A DNA stretch of 63,221 nt, filler included, from Diploschistes diacapsis (taxonomy: Eukaryota), in assembly GCA_023645945.1 (NCBI GenBank). It is 12 parts of 12 records of this genome, joined end to end, with 100 filler letters (N's around TTAATTAATTAA, not from the genome) between each part and the next. Parts side by side here need not be neighbours in the genome. Positions count along the whole stretch, not along the records: positions 59,821 to 61,471 come from JALAIB010002767.1; positions 61,572 to 63,221 come from JALAIB010002768.1; 10 more parts are not named here. The stretch is one strand, 5' to 3'. Numbering within the stretch: the first letter of the stretch is position 1; each line of letters begins with the position of its first letter. The notes beneath the pieces are model-generated. The model was not told the origin of the DNA. It did no database searches and saw nothing but the letters and a program-made list of their open reading frames with translations. Both the position numbers and the translations under genes were made by a program. Shown here in pieces: positions 61,049-63,221 of this stretch.

Positions 61049-61471
61049 GTTTAGTTTAGGAGAATACGCGTCCCCGATCCTATTCGTGAAGAAATCTAAC
61101 GGGGGCGGATTAAGAATATACGTCGATTATCGAGGGTTAAATAACATCATAAAGAAGAATCGATACCCATTATCCCTAATCGCCGAGACGATAGCCCGGA
61201 TGACCCGAGCTAGGATCTATATCAAGTTCGATGTTATTCAGGCATTTTATCGACTACGAATGGCTATTGATAGAAACGAGGAATTAATTACTTTTTTAAC
61301 GTTTTTAAAGGTATATAAGTTTAAAATAATACCTTTCGGATTAACGGTCGGCTCTAGCTCGTATTAATAATTTATAAATAATAATTTTAACGATATAATC
61401 GATTTCGTATTCTATTATGTAGATAATTTATTAATATTCTCGAATAATAAGAAGGTTTATCGGGAATACGT
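61049..61471 (+). mobile_element. Ty3/gypsy reverse transcriptase fragment
   Basis: YASPILFVKKSNGGGLRIYVDYRGLNNIIKKNRYPL...IPFGL...YVDNLLIFS (YxDD eroded). Confidence 0.92.
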
Positions 61472-61799
61472 NNNNNNNNNNNNNNNNNNNNNNNNNNNNN
61501 NNNNNNNNNNNNNNNTTAATTAATTAANNNNNNNNNNNNNNNNNNNNNNNNNNNNNNNNNNNNNNNNNNNNATCATTATGTTACATATATTAATCCATTA
61601 TTAAAAGTTTGACTTTAACTTCGACTTATATTACCACCTAATTTATCCTCTTAAGTTATATTCTAAAAGATATAATATGATTATTAACATACTTCTAGCA
61701 TTAATAAACATGACGCCGAGCTTTTCTTCTTTATAACTTATAGTTCTTTTAAGAAGTCATATATAAATAAAAGATTATTAAATCTTAATCGTAATAGTC

Positions 61800-62142
61800 G
61801 ATAAAAGTAGTTTTAATATTATCGAAAGTTTCTTTAATCATATAAGGAAGCAGTTTTTTAAGAGATAACGAAAGAGGAGATAGAAGAGAAGGAAGGGGAG
61901 GACATGTTACTGGTTGTACCTGTCTGGCGGAACATTTACGGATGTTGTGAATACAATCGGAAATAAAGATGTCTTTAGATAGGTATCGTTTTTCTATTTA
62001 GCTGTGTTTAGGAGAGTGGAATACAAGGGAATAGATCTAAGAATACGTTTACGTCGAGAAAAGAATATTAAGAATGATAAGCTTCTGGGTATTTCAGTTA
62101 CCGGAAAGATATAGGACTATATTGAAAAAAAAAAAAAAAAAA
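61800..62142 (+). mobile_element. Possible non-LTR retroelement 3' end with poly(A)
   Basis: A-run of ~18 nt at 62125-62142 after a UTR-like segment inside AT-rich DNA. Confidence 0.3.
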
Positions 62143-62186
62143 ATAGATATTTCTTATTAATAAGATTTATGTGGAGTTCGTTATAA

Positions 62187-62635
62187 TGTTACGATCCAAG
62201 TGACTAGGTGGTAGTCCACTTGGCACTTCACAGCTGATCGGGCCTAACCTAACCACTCCTTGTATATAGTCCAATCATGGTAACACTAATCACGTAATAA
62301 GTAAAAAGCCTTAAAGGCTATTCTACCCTTTATAGATAGAACGGGAAAACGATAATTCTACCTATCTATTAATCTATTTCGTTAGGGAACAGTTAACTAT
62401 ATAAGAACGCGCTATAACTCTTATAAGTCGGGATATGTTCATTTTTATAAACTTCTTTAACGATTGCTCGAGATCAATCTATATTCATTTACTTCTATTA
62501 CTAGATAGCAATCTTTCTTGAAAACAAACCTATTACCGATCTTCTTCTTCTCCTTCCATACTCCTCTTCTACCAGAGACCAAACCCACCTTGATCAATAC
62601 CTCGTGTCTACGTTATAGAGATAGAGATCATAACA
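62187..62635 (+). mobile_element. LTR family A, full length (449 bp), least mutated copy
   Basis: TG...CA ends with terminal inverted repeat TGTTACGATC/GATCATAACA; no TSD seen. Confidence 0.93.
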
Positions 62636-63221
62636 AGACGGTAATCGTGAGAGAATCCCGTAATTTTACTTTCCTTCAACCTAACCCTGATTTCGTTGAA
62701 TACTTAATCCCGTCGATTAACGTCTTTTACTTCTTCAGTCATCGTCGAGACCTCATCCGCGGAAGCTGCTTCAGTAACAAGAATAAATATTTCGATAAAG
62801 TTCGGGTCTTCCGTAGCCGTCTCTAGTATCCTAAAAGCCTGATCTTCCTCCCCGTTTAAAACGTGTATGCTCAGATCCTGTTTAATCTCTTCGGAAAGCT
62901 ATTCGGGCTTAATTAACGTCTACCATATATAAAGATCCTTCTTAACCCTCGAGGCTTCACTTATGTTAAATTTCCTCGTGAATAAGTCGGCTTTTATATT
63001 TTTCGTTTTAGAACGGTATTAAATCTTAAAATCGAATTATAACAGAAATTCTATTTATCGGGTTTACTTACGGTTTAATTATTTATTTATAATAAAGTAC
63101 TCGAAAGCTTTATAATCTATTAATACTAAAATAAATCGATTAATTAAAAAAATTAATAATTCGGGTTTTTATTTCTCGAAATATTATACGATAACGAGTA
63201 TTTTTTTATCGTATATTATAT
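62636..63221 (-). mobile_element. Ty3/gypsy pol fragment (RNase H and linker)
   Basis: YDKKILVIV*YFEK*KPE...IKADLFTR (eroded YDKELLAI / ADALSR). Confidence 0.75.

Noticed and set aside
62518..62826. 102-aa ORF
   Set aside because: Spans an LTR end and antisense pol; chance ORF.

Overview
Filamentous ascomycete (Pezizomycotina) genomic DNA. It is not one locus. It consists of 12 contigs joined by artificial 100-nt spacers (N-run + TTAATTAATTAA + N-run), so adjacency across a spacer means nothing. Contig 1 (1-22833) is gene-dense core genome: a ClrB/ManR-like Zn2Cys6 regulator (3' truncated), a GPI-anchored Ser-rich protein, nudE, Med20, calmodulin, tlg2, sepH/cdc15 kinase, fol3 and hypothetical genes. 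Contig 2 (22934-24588) encodes a GC-rich, low-complexity protein carrying a Tc1/impala-transposase-like HTH plus GRPRK module. That module is split by a 141-aa insert and has no DDE domain, making it a candidate domesticated transposase (best lead). Contig 3 (24689-47455) is accessory-type and mostly pseudogenes: GFO/IDH/MocA oxidoreductase, APH-like and kinase-like genes, a divergent pair of related unknown genes, an F-box-like gene, an Mx-like dynamin and an S53 peptidase, around one intact MFS transporter. Nine ~1.65-kb contigs (47556-63221) are RIP-mutated, nested transposon debris. They include Ty3/gypsy chromovirus pieces with an antisense Zn-cluster-like ORF, Ty1/copia pieces with a half-tRNA PBS, and hAT-like termini. 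One of them carries an intact rpl28e gene. Family assignments come from motif recognition; no database search was run.
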